Assembly (NCBI GenBank): GCA_035465395.1
Contig: DATHRK010000015.1
Coordinates: 7,916 to 71,915 of the forward strand
Direction of reading: 5' to 3'
DNA from: Longimicrobiales bacterium
GTDB lineage: Bacteria; Gemmatimonadota; Gemmatimonadetes; Longimicrobiales; RSA9
DNA: 64,000 bases
The notes beneath the pieces were generated by a model. The model was not told the origin of the DNA and did no database searches. It worked only from the letters and a program-made list of their open reading frames with translations. This document shows, piece after piece, positions 1-10,058 of the stretch. Each line of letters opens with the position of its first letter. Within the stretch, counting starts at the first letter, position 1. The translations under genes were made by a program, and so were the position numbers.

Positions 1-384
1 TCCCTCCCCGATGCGCCCGTGACGGAGGGTTCCCAGTGGGTCGACACGCTGCGGACCCGCGACGTGGGCGCGGGCGTACGTCGCACGACGACGATCGTTG
101 CGCGGAGCCGCGTAGCCGAGCGCGCCACGGTGGCGGGGCGACCCGTTCTGATTCTCGAGTCCGTGCTGGACCTGGATACGCGGGCCGAAACGGAGCCCGG
201 AGCGACCGAGCCCAGCGCGCAGACGCTGCGCGGCACCTTGCGCCGGCGGACGACCTGGGACGCCGGGCTGCGGCGTCTCACGCACTATCGGGCGACCGGA
301 CGCCTGGTAGGCCGGCTGGAGGTGGAGGGGCTCGAGCCGATCCCGCTGTCCGCCGACCTCGTGCGCGAGGTTACGGCGAGGTGA
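1..384 (+). CDS. C-terminal fragment of a hypothetical protein (open to the window edge)
   Basis: Frame 1 is open from base 1 to the TGA at 382-384. Third positions are G/C-rich. No recognisable domain. Confidence 0.35.
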   Translation, partial: SLPDAPVTEGSQWVDTLRTRDVGAGVRRTTTIVARSRVAERATVAGRPVLILESVLDLDTRAETEPGATEPSAQTLRGTLRRRTTWDAGLRRLTHYRATGRLVGRLEVEGLEPIPLSADLVREVTAR

Positions 385-424
385 CCCCCGACGCTGTGCC
401 GGAAGGCCCTTTTTCAGCGACCTG

Positions 425-2077
425 CTAGTCGCGCGGGCGCCACTGGTCGCGGGCCACCGATACCACGAGCGCAACGCCGCCGATCGCGGCCACCAGGAAC
501 AGGACGAACGCGAACGCCGGATAGCCGAGTACGCGTGCGTCGGTCTCGACCCGCATCAGGAGCGCCGCTCCGAGGATGAGCGACCCGATGACCGCGCCGG
601 CGGCGATGCGGTTCGCGATCTTCTCCAGCCCGTTCAGCAACCGCTGCTCGTCGATCGTGCGGACGCGGAACTCGAGGCGATTCTCCGCCGCCATGTCCAG
701 GAGGCGGTTGACCCGCCCGGGCAGCGCGCGGACCAGCTCGTTCACCTCGAGGAGGGCCGACGCCACGTTCCCCTCCGAGAGCCGATTGCGCGCGTGCAGG
801 CGCAGGATCTCGCCCGCGTGACGGCGGATGCAGGCGACGGGGTCGAAGTCGGGGTCGAGCGTGCGGGCTACCGAGTCCAGGTGGAGCAGCGTACGGCCGA
901 GCGTGCTCAGCTGCGTGGGCAGCCTCAGCCCGTGTCCGGCGCAGGCGTGGGTCACCGCCAGAACCGCGGAGCCCACGCTCCTCTCGGCGGGGGGAATGCC
1001 GAAGTGATCGGCCAGAATGGTTGCGACCGCGGCCCTGTACCCAGGCGCGTCGAAGTCCTCCTCGGGCGTGCCGAGACTCGCGGCCGCGTCGGCGGCGTCC
1101 CGGGCGCGGTCGTCCGCGATGGCGAGAACGACCCGCAGCAGGTCGTGACGCAGCGCCTCGTCGACGTGCGCGACCATGCCCAGGTCGATCAGCGCCAGCC
1201 GACCGTCTTGCGTGAGGAACACGTTCCCCGGGTGTGGATCCGCGTGGAAGAACCCCTCGACCAGGATCTGCCTCAGGTACGCTTCGTAGAGCTGGTCGAC
1301 GAGCGCCGCACCGTCGGTCTCCAGCCGGACGAGCGGGCCCACTTCCGTCACCTTCCGGCCGCGCACCAGATCCATGGTGAGCACCTGGTCGGTCGAGTAG
1401 TCGGGCACGGGGCGCGGGATGAGCAGCCGATCGAAGCGCTCCAGATCGTCGCCGAGCCGCGCCAGGTTGTAGGCTTCTCGCCGGTAGTCGAGCTCGTTCG
1501 CGAGCGTGCGCCGGAACTCCGCGACGGTGCCGACGGTGTCGACGCTCCCCAGCCGTCCATCGAGCGTCTCGCCTATCTCCTCGAGGATCTCGAGATCGGC
1601 GAGAGCCGCCTCGCGGACGCCCGGTCGCTGCACCTTCACCACGACCTCCCTCCCGTCCCGCAACGCCGCTCGGTGCACCTGCCCCAGCGACGCCGCCCCC
1701 AGCGGCTGCGGGTCGAACCGGGAGAAGGCTTTGCCGATCCGGGCCCCGATCTCCCGTTCCACGATCGCTTCTACTTCCTCGAAGGGAATCGGCTCGGCCT
1801 CATCCTGCAGGCTCTCGAGCGCCCGGAGATACGCCGGCGGCAGCAGGTCGTCGCGGGTGGAGAGCAGCTGACCGAACTTCACGAAGGTCGGACCGAGGGC
1901 TCGCAGGTCGTCCGCGAGCCCGGCTGGGTCGACGGCTTCGTCTTCGGCGAAGAGCGAGTCGCGAAAGACCTCCTCGAGGCCGATGCTGCGCAGGAGGTCG
2001 CGGTCGCCGTACTTCCACAACACGCGTCCGATCTCGCCGTATCGGGCGATATGCGAAGGTTTCAGGGACAGGGCCAT
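425..2077 (-). CDS. ABC1/UbiB-family atypical protein kinase
   Basis: Motifs FVKFGQLLSTRDDLLP, ASLGQVHRA, VVVKVQRPG and FHADPHPGNVF..IDLGMV, with C-terminal TM helices. The ATG at 2077 (GGAG about 10 nt upstream) is preferred over the TTG at 2119 that opens the track ORF. Confidence 0.85.
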   Translation of the reverse strand: MALSLKPSHIARYGEIGRVLWKYGDRDLLRSIGLEEVFRDSLFAEDEAVDPAGLADDLRALGPTFVKFGQLLSTRDDLLPPAYLRALESLQDEAEPIPFEEVEAIVEREIGARIGKAFSRFDPQPLGAASLGQVHRAALRDGREVVVKVQRPGVREAALADLEILEEIGETLDGRLGSVDTVGTVAEFRRTLANELDYRREAYNLARLGDDLERFDRLLIPRPVPDYSTDQVLTMDLVRGRKVTEVGPLVRLETDGAALVDQLYEAYLRQILVEGFFHADPHPGNVFLTQDGRLALIDLGMVAHVDEALRHDLLRVVLAIADDRARDAADAAASLGTPEEDFDAPGYRAAVATILADHFGIPPAERSVGSAVLAVTHACAGHGLRLPTQLSTLGRTLLHLDSVARTLDPDFDPVACIRRHAGEILRLHARNRLSEGNVASALLEVNELVRALPGRVNRLLDMAAENRLEFRVRTIDEQRLLNGLEKIANRIAAGAVIGSLILGAALLMRVETDARVLGYPAFAFVLFLVAAIGGVALVVSVARDQWRPRD

Positions 2078-2245
2078 TGGGTCGAGGCTCCGCTGGTGAG
2101 TTCGACGTCTGCCGGCCAAGGAGCACGGACCAGGCCAGACCGTCGAGCGGCGCCTCGTAACGACCGTCTCCGCCGTCCCGGGCGGCGCGACGGAGAGGGG
2201 GGATGCTACATCGGGGAGTCCTGCCGGCGCCCCACGACCAGCACC

Positions 2246-3499
2246 CTACTCGTAGCGCAGAGACTGGATAGGGTCCAGGCGCGCGGCGCGCCGCGCGGGC
2301 CAGATCCCGAAGAAGACCCCCACCGCACCGGCGAACCCGAAGGCCAGCAGGATCGACTCCGGCGCGACCGCGGTGTTCCACTCGGCGATGCGCGACAGCG
2401 CCACCGCCGCCCCGACCCCCACGAGGATGCCCACGACTCCGCCCGCGAGGCAGAGCATCAGGGACTCGGTCAGGAACTGCAGCAGGATGTCACGGCGCCG
2501 CGCGCCCATGGCCTTGCGGACGCCGATCTCCTTGGTTCGCTCGGTCACCGAAACGAGCATGATGTTCATGATTCCGATGCCGCCGACCAGGAGAGAAATG
2601 AAAGCGATGCCGGCGAGCAGGAACGAAAACGTCCGCGTCGTCTCCTGGAAGGTGTCGATGAAGATCGCCTGGTCGCGGATGGTGAAATCGCTGGCCTCGC
2701 CTGGCTGGAGCCGGTGCTCGCGCCGCAGGACGGCGTCGATGGCGCTCGTGGCTCGATCCATCACGTCCGGCGAGGAGGCCTGCACCGAGATCGATCGCAG
2801 GCGATCCGTCCCGAATACGCGGAACTGCGCCGTCGCGAGCGGCACGTAGATGCGCTCGTCGGGGTTGCTCCAGCCGCCGTCGCCGCGCTCCTTCAGGATG
2901 CCGATCACCTCGAAGGGGATGCCGCGGATCTGGATGCTCTTGCCGAGCAGGTCAGAGGTGTCGTCCACCCCCAGGCGCTCCCCGGCGGTGGCGCCCAAAA
3001 CCGCCAGGCGACGCCGGCCCCGCTCCTCTCCCGGCGTGAAGAACCGGCCCCATGCGAGCTCGTAGTTGTTCACGTCGAAGAACGAGGGCCACGTGCCGAG
3101 GACCGAGATGTTGCCGTTCGCGGGACCGGCCGAAACCTGCTGGCGGCGCTCCATCTCGGGCGCCACGGCGATGATCCCCTCTCCCGCGGCGAGGATCGCC
3201 TCGCTGTCCTCCGCCGTCAGCGCGGCGTCGCCTCGGTCCACGCCGCCGAAGAAGCTCTGCCCGGGCCGCACGGTGAGGATGTTCGTGCCGAGGTCGGCCA
3301 GGCGGTCCTGCACGGAGCGCTGGGCGCCTTCGCCGAGCGAGACCATCGTGATCACGGCGGCGATGCCGATGATGATGCCCAGCATCGTCAGGAACGAGCG
3401 CAGCTTGTTGGCGCGGATCGCGCTCGCCGCCACGCGCAGCACCTCGCCCACGACGAGTCCCCCCCGCCCGCCGCGGCCGCCCCCGGCCGCCTCCGACAT
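2246..3499 (-). CDS. MacB/FtsX-type ABC transporter permease
   Basis: N-terminal TM LRSFLTMLGIIIGIAAVITMVSLG, a large periplasmic domain, and a C-terminal FtsX module (KEIGVRKAMGARRRDI). The ATG at 3497-3499 shares one base with the upstream stop (TGATG). Confidence 0.85.
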   Translation of the reverse strand: MSEAAGGGRGGRGGLVVGEVLRVAASAIRANKLRSFLTMLGIIIGIAAVITMVSLGEGAQRSVQDRLADLGTNILTVRPGQSFFGGVDRGDAALTAEDSEAILAAGEGIIAVAPEMERRQQVSAGPANGNISVLGTWPSFFDVNNYELAWGRFFTPGEERGRRRLAVLGATAGERLGVDDTSDLLGKSIQIRGIPFEVIGILKERGDGGWSNPDERIYVPLATAQFRVFGTDRLRSISVQASSPDVMDRATSAIDAVLRREHRLQPGEASDFTIRDQAIFIDTFQETTRTFSFLLAGIAFISLLVGGIGIMNIMLVSVTERTKEIGVRKAMGARRRDILLQFLTESLMLCLAGGVVGILVGVGAAVALSRIAEWNTAVAPESILLAFGFAGAVGVFFGIWPARRAARLDPIQSLRYE

Positions 3500-5043
3500 C
3501 AGCGCCCCCCGCCGAACGGATTGGAGCGGCTGCGGATCCGGTCGACGAGCTCCTGCTGCTCCTGCTGCAGGCGCGCGACCGAGATGAGGTAGACCTGCTC
3601 GCCCTCCTCCACGCCGCGCAGCACCTCGGTCGACTCCCAATCGTTCAGCCCGAGCATCACGAAGCGTGGCTCCGGGCCGTCGACGCCCTTCACGAACACC
3701 ACGCCGGGCCGAGGACGCACGCCCGCCATCTCCTCGTCGTCGGCCCCCGGCGGCGTAGCCGTGCCCGCGGCTCCGCGCATGCGCCGGAAGCACGCGCCCG
3801 CGTCCGGCCGCTCGGCTTCGGTGAGGGCCGCACGGCCCTCGTCGCGCACCTTAGCCATCAGTTCGCGACACCGATCGTCGCTCGGCGCGGCGGCCGACGC
3901 ACCGGCGGCGGCGCCCTGCGTGGCCCCGCTGGCTCCCGTCCGCGCGGAGCTCCCGTTCCCGGCCGGGCCGCTCGTACCCGCACGCCCGCCATCCCCCGCC
4001 GCCACCGGACCGTCCGGACGGGGGCCGCCGGCCCCGGGGGCGCCCCGTCGGCCGGCGAACTGCTCGCGCATCGCGTCCTCGTCGAGCCCGAGCACGGCCG
4101 CGGCGGCCATCGCGTCCGCCGGGCTCACCACAGCCGAGTTCGGGACCGTGAGCACGTCCGGACGCCGCGCGATCTCCACCCGCACCTCGGCGTTCATTCC
4201 GGGTTTGAGCGCGCCGTCGGGGTTGGGCAACTGCACGAGGACCGGGAACATCGTGACGTTCTGATCGACCACGGCCTGCGGCTCGATCTTGGTCACCGTG
4301 CCGGTGAAGTTCCGATTGGGGAAGGCCTCCACCTGGACCGTGGCGGTCTGGCCGGGCTGCACGCGCCCGATGTCGGTCTCATCCACCAGCGTGCGGACCT
4401 GCATCGTCGAGATGTCGGCCATGAGGAGCAGCGTCGTGCCGCCGGAGATGTTCTGGCTCGCGGAAGCGATGATCTGGCCCGTCTCCACGTCCTTCTGGAT
4501 GACGACACCGTCGATCGGCGAGCGGATCGTCACGTCCCCGAGGCGCTCGCGAGCCAGCTCGAGCGACGTGCGGGCCTTGATGTAGTTGGCGTTGGCGTTG
4601 GCGAGCTCCAGCGCCGCGCTCTCCAGCTCCTGTTCCGTGACGACGCCGGCCTCGCGCAGCTCGGACACGCGCTCGTGCTGCGCCTGCGCCGTGGACAGGC
4701 GGGCGCGCGCGACCTCCAGATCGGCGTCGGCCTGAGCGTAGCCGTTGCGGACGTCTCGCGGGTCGATTTCCGCGAGCAGCGCGCCGCGCTCCACGACGTC
4801 GCCGGTCTCGACGTGCATCCGGAGCACCTCCCCGGAGGCCTTGGATTTCACCTCGATGACGCGCGGCGGCTCCATCAGTCCCGCGGCTTCGGCGGTGATG
4901 TCGAGCGTGGCGCGGACCACGGGCTGTACGTCTGCGCTGCCGGGTTGCTCGGCGGCGTCGGCCGAGCCGCACGCGGCCGCCGCGAGGATCGCGAGCGCCG
5001 GGAAGAAGCGCGCGCGGCACTCCTGGAGACGGGTCCGGTTCAC
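3499..5043 (-). CDS. Efflux periplasmic adaptor (HlyD/MFP family) lipoprotein
   Basis: Lipobox LAAAAC, a coiled-coil hairpin (ADADLEVARARLSTAQAQHERVSEL) and a beta-barrel region. The GTG start overlaps the TolC stop (GTGA, 5040-5043). There is a Gly/Ala/Pro-rich low-complexity insert near the C-terminus. Confidence 0.8.
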   Translation of the reverse strand: MNRTRLQECRARFFPALAILAAAACGSADAAEQPGSADVQPVVRATLDITAEAAGLMEPPRVIEVKSKASGEVLRMHVETGDVVERGALLAEIDPRDVRNGYAQADADLEVARARLSTAQAQHERVSELREAGVVTEQELESAALELANANANYIKARTSLELARERLGDVTIRSPIDGVVIQKDVETGQIIASASQNISGGTTLLLMADISTMQVRTLVDETDIGRVQPGQTATVQVEAFPNRNFTGTVTKIEPQAVVDQNVTMFPVLVQLPNPDGALKPGMNAEVRVEIARRPDVLTVPNSAVVSPADAMAAAAVLGLDEDAMREQFAGRRGAPGAGGPRPDGPVAAGDGGRAGTSGPAGNGSSARTGASGATQGAAAGASAAAPSDDRCRELMAKVRDEGRAALTEAERPDAGACFRRMRGAAGTATPPGADDEEMAGVRPRPGVVFVKGVDGPEPRFVMLGLNDWESTEVLRGVEEGEQVYLISVARLQQEQQELVDRIRSRSNPFGGGR

Positions 5044-6422
5044 GAAAGATCCCTTCCTACGAGCGCCTCCAACTCGGCGCGCGCGATCTGATAGTCGTAC
5101 CGCGCGGCGATCTCGTCGGTCTCCGCCTGCGCGAGGTTCAACTGCGACGTAATGAGGTCGAGGATCGTCGAGGCACCCAAACGGTACCGCTCGTCCTGCA
5201 CCCGCAGATCCTCCCGTGCGACCTCCACGGCCTCGGCCGTGAGCGTGACGCGCTCCTCGGCGAGCCGGAGCGCACCCAGGAGCCGCTCGAAGTCCACGCG
5301 GGCGGCCCTGCGGGCATCCCGAAGCTGAAAGCGTGCCACGTTCTCGGAGATCCGTGCGCGGGTGACGGCGGTCTCCCGCTGGAACCCGTTGAATACCGGC
5401 AGCGACACGGACAGGCCCATGTTCCAGCTGGAGCTGCCCTGGTCGAAGGAGAACTGGTCGTTGAACCAGTTCAGGTTGCTGGACGCCCGCAGCGTGGGGA
5501 AGTAGGAGGCGCGCGCCACGTCGACGCCGGCCTCGGCCGAGCGGACCTCGGCCTGCGCGGTAATGACCGCCGGGCTCGTCGACTCCACGATCCGCCGCAG
5601 CTCGTCCTCGGAGAGCGCGAGCGGGCGCACCACGACCGGCTCCGCCAGCGCCGCGCCCACCCGATCGTCCACCCCGGTCACCCGTCCCAACGTGTAGGTG
5701 GCGACGGTCCACGCGGTGCGCTCGGTGAGTTCGGCCTGGCGGGCGTCGTTCAGCTCGAGGCGCGACCGCAGCACGTCCGAACGGGTGGCCGTGCCCACCT
5801 GCAGCCGGCGATCCGCCGCGGTGAGCGATTCCTCCGCGCGCCGGATGCGCGCCCCGGAGACGCGCAGGAGCTCCTCGCGGCGGAGCACGTCGTAGAAGGC
5901 GGTCTTGGCCGCCAGCACCACGTCGAACCGGCGTTGCCGCGCCGTCGCCTCGGCGGCCTCCAGAGCGGCCGAAGCGTTGTCGATCTCGGCGCCACGTCTG
6001 CCGCCGTTCCAGATGTCGACGCCCGCGTTGAGACCGGCGTTGTAGCTGTTCGAAGATCCCGTGACCGTCGTGTTGGTCTGCGGATTGAATCGGTTGCTGG
6101 ACGAACGCGAGGCGCCGGAGTTCGCGTTGATGTTCGGCAGGTAGGCGCCGTACGCGCTACGGCGGCCCGCCTCCGCGGATCGGACGCCCGCGGTCGCCTG
6201 CGCCATCGTGGGGCTCACGGCGAGTGCGCGTTCGATCGCTTCGTCGAGCGACATGACGGTCGCGGGCGGGTCCGGGACCGTGGGCCCGGCGTCGGTCACG
6301 GCCACCGCGGAATCGGGGGCCTGCGCGACGGAGGGCCCGGCGCCGACGGTGATGGCCGCGGCGAGCGCCAGGAGCGCACCGGCGCACCACCGGCGCGACG
6401 GGACAGGCAGGGGGGCTGTCAT
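5040..6422 (-). CDS. TolC-family outer membrane efflux protein
   Basis: Signal peptide ending VAQA, and the duplicated TolC repeat pattern (two stretches of the form LxxAxxxY..G.....dvl.a...l). Confidence 0.8.
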   Translation of the reverse strand: MTAPLPVPSRRWCAGALLALAAAITVGAGPSVAQAPDSAVAVTDAGPTVPDPPATVMSLDEAIERALAVSPTMAQATAGVRSAEAGRRSAYGAYLPNINANSGASRSSSNRFNPQTNTTVTGSSNSYNAGLNAGVDIWNGGRRGAEIDNASAALEAAEATARQRRFDVVLAAKTAFYDVLRREELLRVSGARIRRAEESLTAADRRLQVGTATRSDVLRSRLELNDARQAELTERTAWTVATYTLGRVTGVDDRVGAALAEPVVVRPLALSEDELRRIVESTSPAVITAQAEVRSAEAGVDVARASYFPTLRASSNLNWFNDQFSFDQGSSSWNMGLSVSLPVFNGFQRETAVTRARISENVARFQLRDARRAARVDFERLLGALRLAEERVTLTAEAVEVAREDLRVQDERYRLGASTILDLITSQLNLAQAETDEIAARYDYQIARAELEALVGRDLS

Positions 6423-6572
6423 TCGAATCGATCCCTCGGTCGGCTACGGGCGTACCGCGAACCGTGTAGACGCTCAACAGACCAAAAAAGTTAAGGCCAT
6501 CCGGGGGGTGTGTGCGAGTCCCCTTCGGACGGCTATGTTGCGCGGCCCGGCCCGACACCTCGACCCTCACGC

Positions 6573-7712
6573 ATGCGACCCCGACGCGACGATTTCTCGA
6601 TTCCCGCGGGCACCCGTTACCTGAACTGCGCCTACATGTCGCCGCTGCCGCGCGCCGTGGAGGAAGCGGGGATCGAGGGGGTGCGCGGCAAGCGGGATCC
6701 GAGCCGGATCGAGGCCCACCACTTCTTCGACCTGAGCAACCGGGCGCGCGCCCTGTTCGCGGGCCTGATCGGCGCGGACGCCGCGGGCGTGGCGATCGTT
6801 CCGGGTGTCTCTTACGCGATGGAGGTTGTCGCGCGCAACCTGGACGCCGCCCACCCCGGTCGAACCTACGTCGTCCTCGGTGACCAGTTCCCGGCCAACG
6901 TCTACCCGTGGGTGGCGCTGGCGGAACGCGCCGGCGGAGAGGTGCGCACGGTCGATCGCCCGCCGGGCGGCGAGGACTGGACGGGGCGCGTGCTGGACGC
7001 GATCGACGCGGCCACGGCGCTCGTGGCGCTTCCCCAGGCGCACTGGACCGACGGCACCCTGATCGACCTCGCCGCGGTAGGCGCCCGCGCCCGCGACGTG
7101 GGAGCCGCGTTCGTGATCGACGGCACGCAGTCCATCGGCGCCATGCCCTTCGACGCGACCGCGATCGGCGCCGACGCGGTCGCCTGCGCCGGATACAAGT
7201 GGCTGCTCGGCCCCTACTCGCTCGGGTTCGTGTGGCTGGGGGCGCGCTTTCGGGGGGGCACGCCGCTGGAGCAGACGTGGATCGGCAGAGCCGGCAGCGA
7301 GGACTTCCGGGCGCTGGTGGACTACACAGGTGAACTGCGCGATGACGCCTCGCGGTTCGACGTGGCGGAGCGGAGCAACTTCACGCTGATGCCGATGGCG
7401 GTCGCCGCGCTGGAGTACCTGGAGGCGCTCGGCGTGAACGCCGTGAAGGGCCATTGCGCAGAGCTGACGGCCCGGCTGGCCGCCGGCAGCGCGGCGCTGG
7501 GGGCGGCGCCGCCGGCCGGGCCGCACGCGGACCACATCGTCGGCCTGCGGCTGCCCGGGGCCGCCGACGGCGCGGCCGTCTTCGACCATCTGCGCGACGC
7601 GGGGATCCACGTCTCACGCCGGGGCGCCGCGCTGCGTGTCTCGCCGCACGTGTACAACGGACACGAAGACGTGGATGCGTTCCTGGCCGAGCTCGCGGAG
7701 GCGCTGCCGTGA
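6573..7712 (+). CDS. Class-V aminotransferase-fold PLP-dependent enzyme
   Basis: Begins MRPRRDDFSIPAGTRYLNCAYMSPLP. PLP-lysine context ACAGYKWLLGPYSLGF. ATG at 6573 within track ORF 6510..7712. Confidence 0.75.
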   Translation: MRPRRDDFSIPAGTRYLNCAYMSPLPRAVEEAGIEGVRGKRDPSRIEAHHFFDLSNRARALFAGLIGADAAGVAIVPGVSYAMEVVARNLDAAHPGRTYVVLGDQFPANVYPWVALAERAGGEVRTVDRPPGGEDWTGRVLDAIDAATALVALPQAHWTDGTLIDLAAVGARARDVGAAFVIDGTQSIGAMPFDATAIGADAVACAGYKWLLGPYSLGFVWLGARFRGGTPLEQTWIGRAGSEDFRALVDYTGELRDDASRFDVAERSNFTLMPMAVAALEYLEALGVNAVKGHCAELTARLAAGSAALGAAPPAGPHADHIVGLRLPGAADGAAVFDHLRDAGIHVSRRGAALRVSPHVYNGHEDVDAFLAELAEALP

Positions 7713-8533
7713 AGGACCCCTACGAGATTCCGTGGCAGCGCCTGCCGCCGACCTTCGCGCGCGGGCTGGAGGCGGACCCGACCGATCCCCCGGAGCCTCG
7801 GCCCTCCGCCACCATCGTGCTGATGCGCGACGGACCGGATGGCCCCGAAGCCCTGCTCATGAAGCGCCGCCGGGAGGCCGGCTTCGTGCCTGGCGCGTTC
7901 GTGTTTCCCGGGGGGCGCGTGGACGACGCCGACGCCGACGCGGCCCTCGCGGCATTCTGTGACGGGCCGGCCGCGTCCGAACCCCCGTTCCCCTACTGGG
8001 TCGCGGCGGTGCGGGAGGCGTTCGAGGAGACCGGACTGCTGCTGGCCATCGCGGACGGGGCACCCGTGCCGCCCGCGGAGTCATCGCCGGCCGTGGACGA
8101 GCTCCGCGACGCGCTGCTGGAGGACCGCCTCGGCCTGGCCGATGTCCTGGACCGGCTAGGCGCCAGGATCGATCTGTCCGCGGTGGCGTACCTAGCGCGT
8201 TGGATCACGCCGGTGGTGGAGCCTCGACGCTACGATACGCGCTTTTTCGTGGCCGCGGTCCCGTCCGATGCCGTGGCACTCGCCGACCCGCGCGAGATGG
8301 TCGAAGCCGTCTGGCTCCCGCCGGCGAAGGCGCTGCGGCGCTTCGCCGAGGGCGCGCTGCCCATGGTGTTTCCGACGGTGCGTACGCTCGAAGACTTGAA
8401 GGAGTTCGACACCGCTGCGGACGCGGTGGCCTGGGCGCGCACGCTGCGCGTGCCGTCTCGGCTGCCGAGACTGGTGAAGACCGAGACCGGGGTGACGATC
8501 CGCCTGGGCCCCGAGGACGAGGAGGACGGATGA
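7709..8533 (+). CDS. NUDIX hydrolase
   Basis: Nudix box region FPGGRVDD...AAVREAFEETGLLL. The GTG start overlaps the upstream stop (GTGA, 7709-7712). Confidence 0.75.
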   Translation: MKDPYEIPWQRLPPTFARGLEADPTDPPEPRPSATIVLMRDGPDGPEALLMKRRREAGFVPGAFVFPGGRVDDADADAALAAFCDGPAASEPPFPYWVAAVREAFEETGLLLAIADGAPVPPAESSPAVDELRDALLEDRLGLADVLDRLGARIDLSAVAYLARWITPVVEPRRYDTRFFVAAVPSDAVALADPREMVEAVWLPPAKALRRFAEGALPMVFPTVRTLEDLKEFDTAADAVAWARTLRVPSRLPRLVKTETGVTIRLGPEDEEDG

Positions 8534-10047
8534 CGGACGCGCGACCCACGACGCTGGGCGCCTTGAAGGAGAGCGGCTGGGTCAGCCGGAGCGTGCGCGA
8601 CGAGGTGCGCGCCAACCTCATCGACAGGATCGCCGCCGGGCGGCCCGTCTTCGAAGGGGTCGTCGGCTACGACGACTCGGTCGTGCCCCAGATCGTGAAC
8701 GCCCTGCTGGCGCGCCAGACCTTCATCCTCCTGGGCCTGCGCGGACAGGCCAAGAGCCGCATGGTGCGGCAGCTCGTCGAGCTGCTGGATCCCGAGATCC
8801 CCATCGTCGCGGGCAGCGAGGTGAACGACGACCCGACGCGACCTATCTCGCGCCACGCACGCGCGGTCCTCGACGAGTGCGGCGACTCGACCCCGATCGC
8901 CTGGGTGCCTCGCGAGGCGCGATTCGTCGAGAAGCTGGCGACGCCCGACGTGACCATCGCCGACGTCATCGGCGACGTGGACCCGATCAAGGCCGCGCGC
9001 GGCGGACACGTCCTGTCGGACGAGATGACGATCCATTTCGGCCTTCTGCCGCGCGCCAACCGCGGCATCTTCGCGGTGAACGAGTTGCCCGACCTGTCCG
9101 GCAAGATCCAGGTGGGCCTCTTCAATGTCCTGCAGGAGGGCGACGTGCAGATCAAAGGATACCCGGTGCGTCTGCCTCTCGACGTACTGGCGGTCTTCAC
9201 CGCGAACCCGGAGGACTACACCGCGCGCGGCAAGATCATCACCCCGCTGAAGGACCGCATCGGCGCCGAGATCCGCACGCACTACCCCGAGAGCGTCGAG
9301 GACGGCGTCCGCATCACGCGGCAGGAGTCATGGCTCCACCGGCAGGGCCGACAGGTGGAGGTGCCGGACTTCGTCGCCGACGTCGTCGAGCGGGTGGCGT
9401 TCCTGGCGCGCGAGGACAAGCGGGTCGACCAGCGCAGCGGGGTCAGCCAGCGCCTGCCCATCGCGACCCTGGAGAACGCGGCCTCCGCGGCGGAGCGGCG
9501 TGCGCTGCTGACGGGCGAGGACCCGCTCGTGCGCGTGAGCGACGTGTACGCGGCGCTCCCGGCGATCGAGGGCAAGCTGGAGCTGGAGTACGAAGGCGAG
9601 CTGCAGGGAGCCGAACGCATCGCGCGCGAGCTGGTCGGACGCGCGGCGGCCGAGACCCTGGAGGCCAGGGCGGCTATCGGCCCCGACGGCTTGGGGGCGG
9701 AAGCCCTCGAGGTGCACCTCGCGGAGGTGGTCGACTACTTCGACCGCGGCGGCGTCCTCCAGGTCGGAGACACGGCAGCCGCCGACGCGGCGCTCGACGG
9801 GCTGCTGGGGGTCGAGGGCTTGGCGGCGGCGTCCGCCGGGCTGGGCGTGGCTGGGGACGCGCCGGCCGGCGCCCGTGTCGCCGCGTGCGAGCTCGTGCTG
9901 GAGGCGCTCGCGGCGGAGCGGCGCATCAGCCGGTCCGCGGCGGGGGGGTTCCGCCGGCGCCGGACGCCGCGCCGCAAGGGGCCGGGTGGAAGCGGCGGGG
10001 CTGGCAGCGGCGGCAGCGGCCCGGCGGGACCTGTGCTGGAGGCCTGA
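8530..10047 (+). CDS. ChlI/BchI-like (Mg-chelatase-type) AAA+ ATPase
   Basis: Variant Walker A LLGLRGQAKSR and Walker B region IFAVNELPDL. ATGA overlap with the NUDIX stop (8530-8533). Gly/Ser-rich C-terminal tail. Confidence 0.7.
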   Translation: MTDARPTTLGALKESGWVSRSVRDEVRANLIDRIAAGRPVFEGVVGYDDSVVPQIVNALLARQTFILLGLRGQAKSRMVRQLVELLDPEIPIVAGSEVNDDPTRPISRHARAVLDECGDSTPIAWVPREARFVEKLATPDVTIADVIGDVDPIKAARGGHVLSDEMTIHFGLLPRANRGIFAVNELPDLSGKIQVGLFNVLQEGDVQIKGYPVRLPLDVLAVFTANPEDYTARGKIITPLKDRIGAEIRTHYPESVEDGVRITRQESWLHRQGRQVEVPDFVADVVERVAFLAREDKRVDQRSGVSQRLPIATLENAASAAERRALLTGEDPLVRVSDVYAALPAIEGKLELEYEGELQGAERIARELVGRAAAETLEARAAIGPDGLGAEALEVHLAEVVDYFDRGGVLQVGDTAAADAALDGLLGVEGLAAASAGLGVAGDAPAGARVAACELVLEALAAERRISRSAAGGFRRRRTPRRKGPGGSGGAGSGGSGPAGPVLEA

Positions 10048-10058
10048 GGGCCCGCAGC

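Noticed and set aside
794-3592. 932-aa ORF on the plus strand
   Set aside because: It lies entirely antisense to the UbiB kinase and MacB permease genes, both of which have clear family motifs. The product is Arg/Gly/Pro-rich low-complexity sequence, typical of a shadow frame in high-GC DNA.
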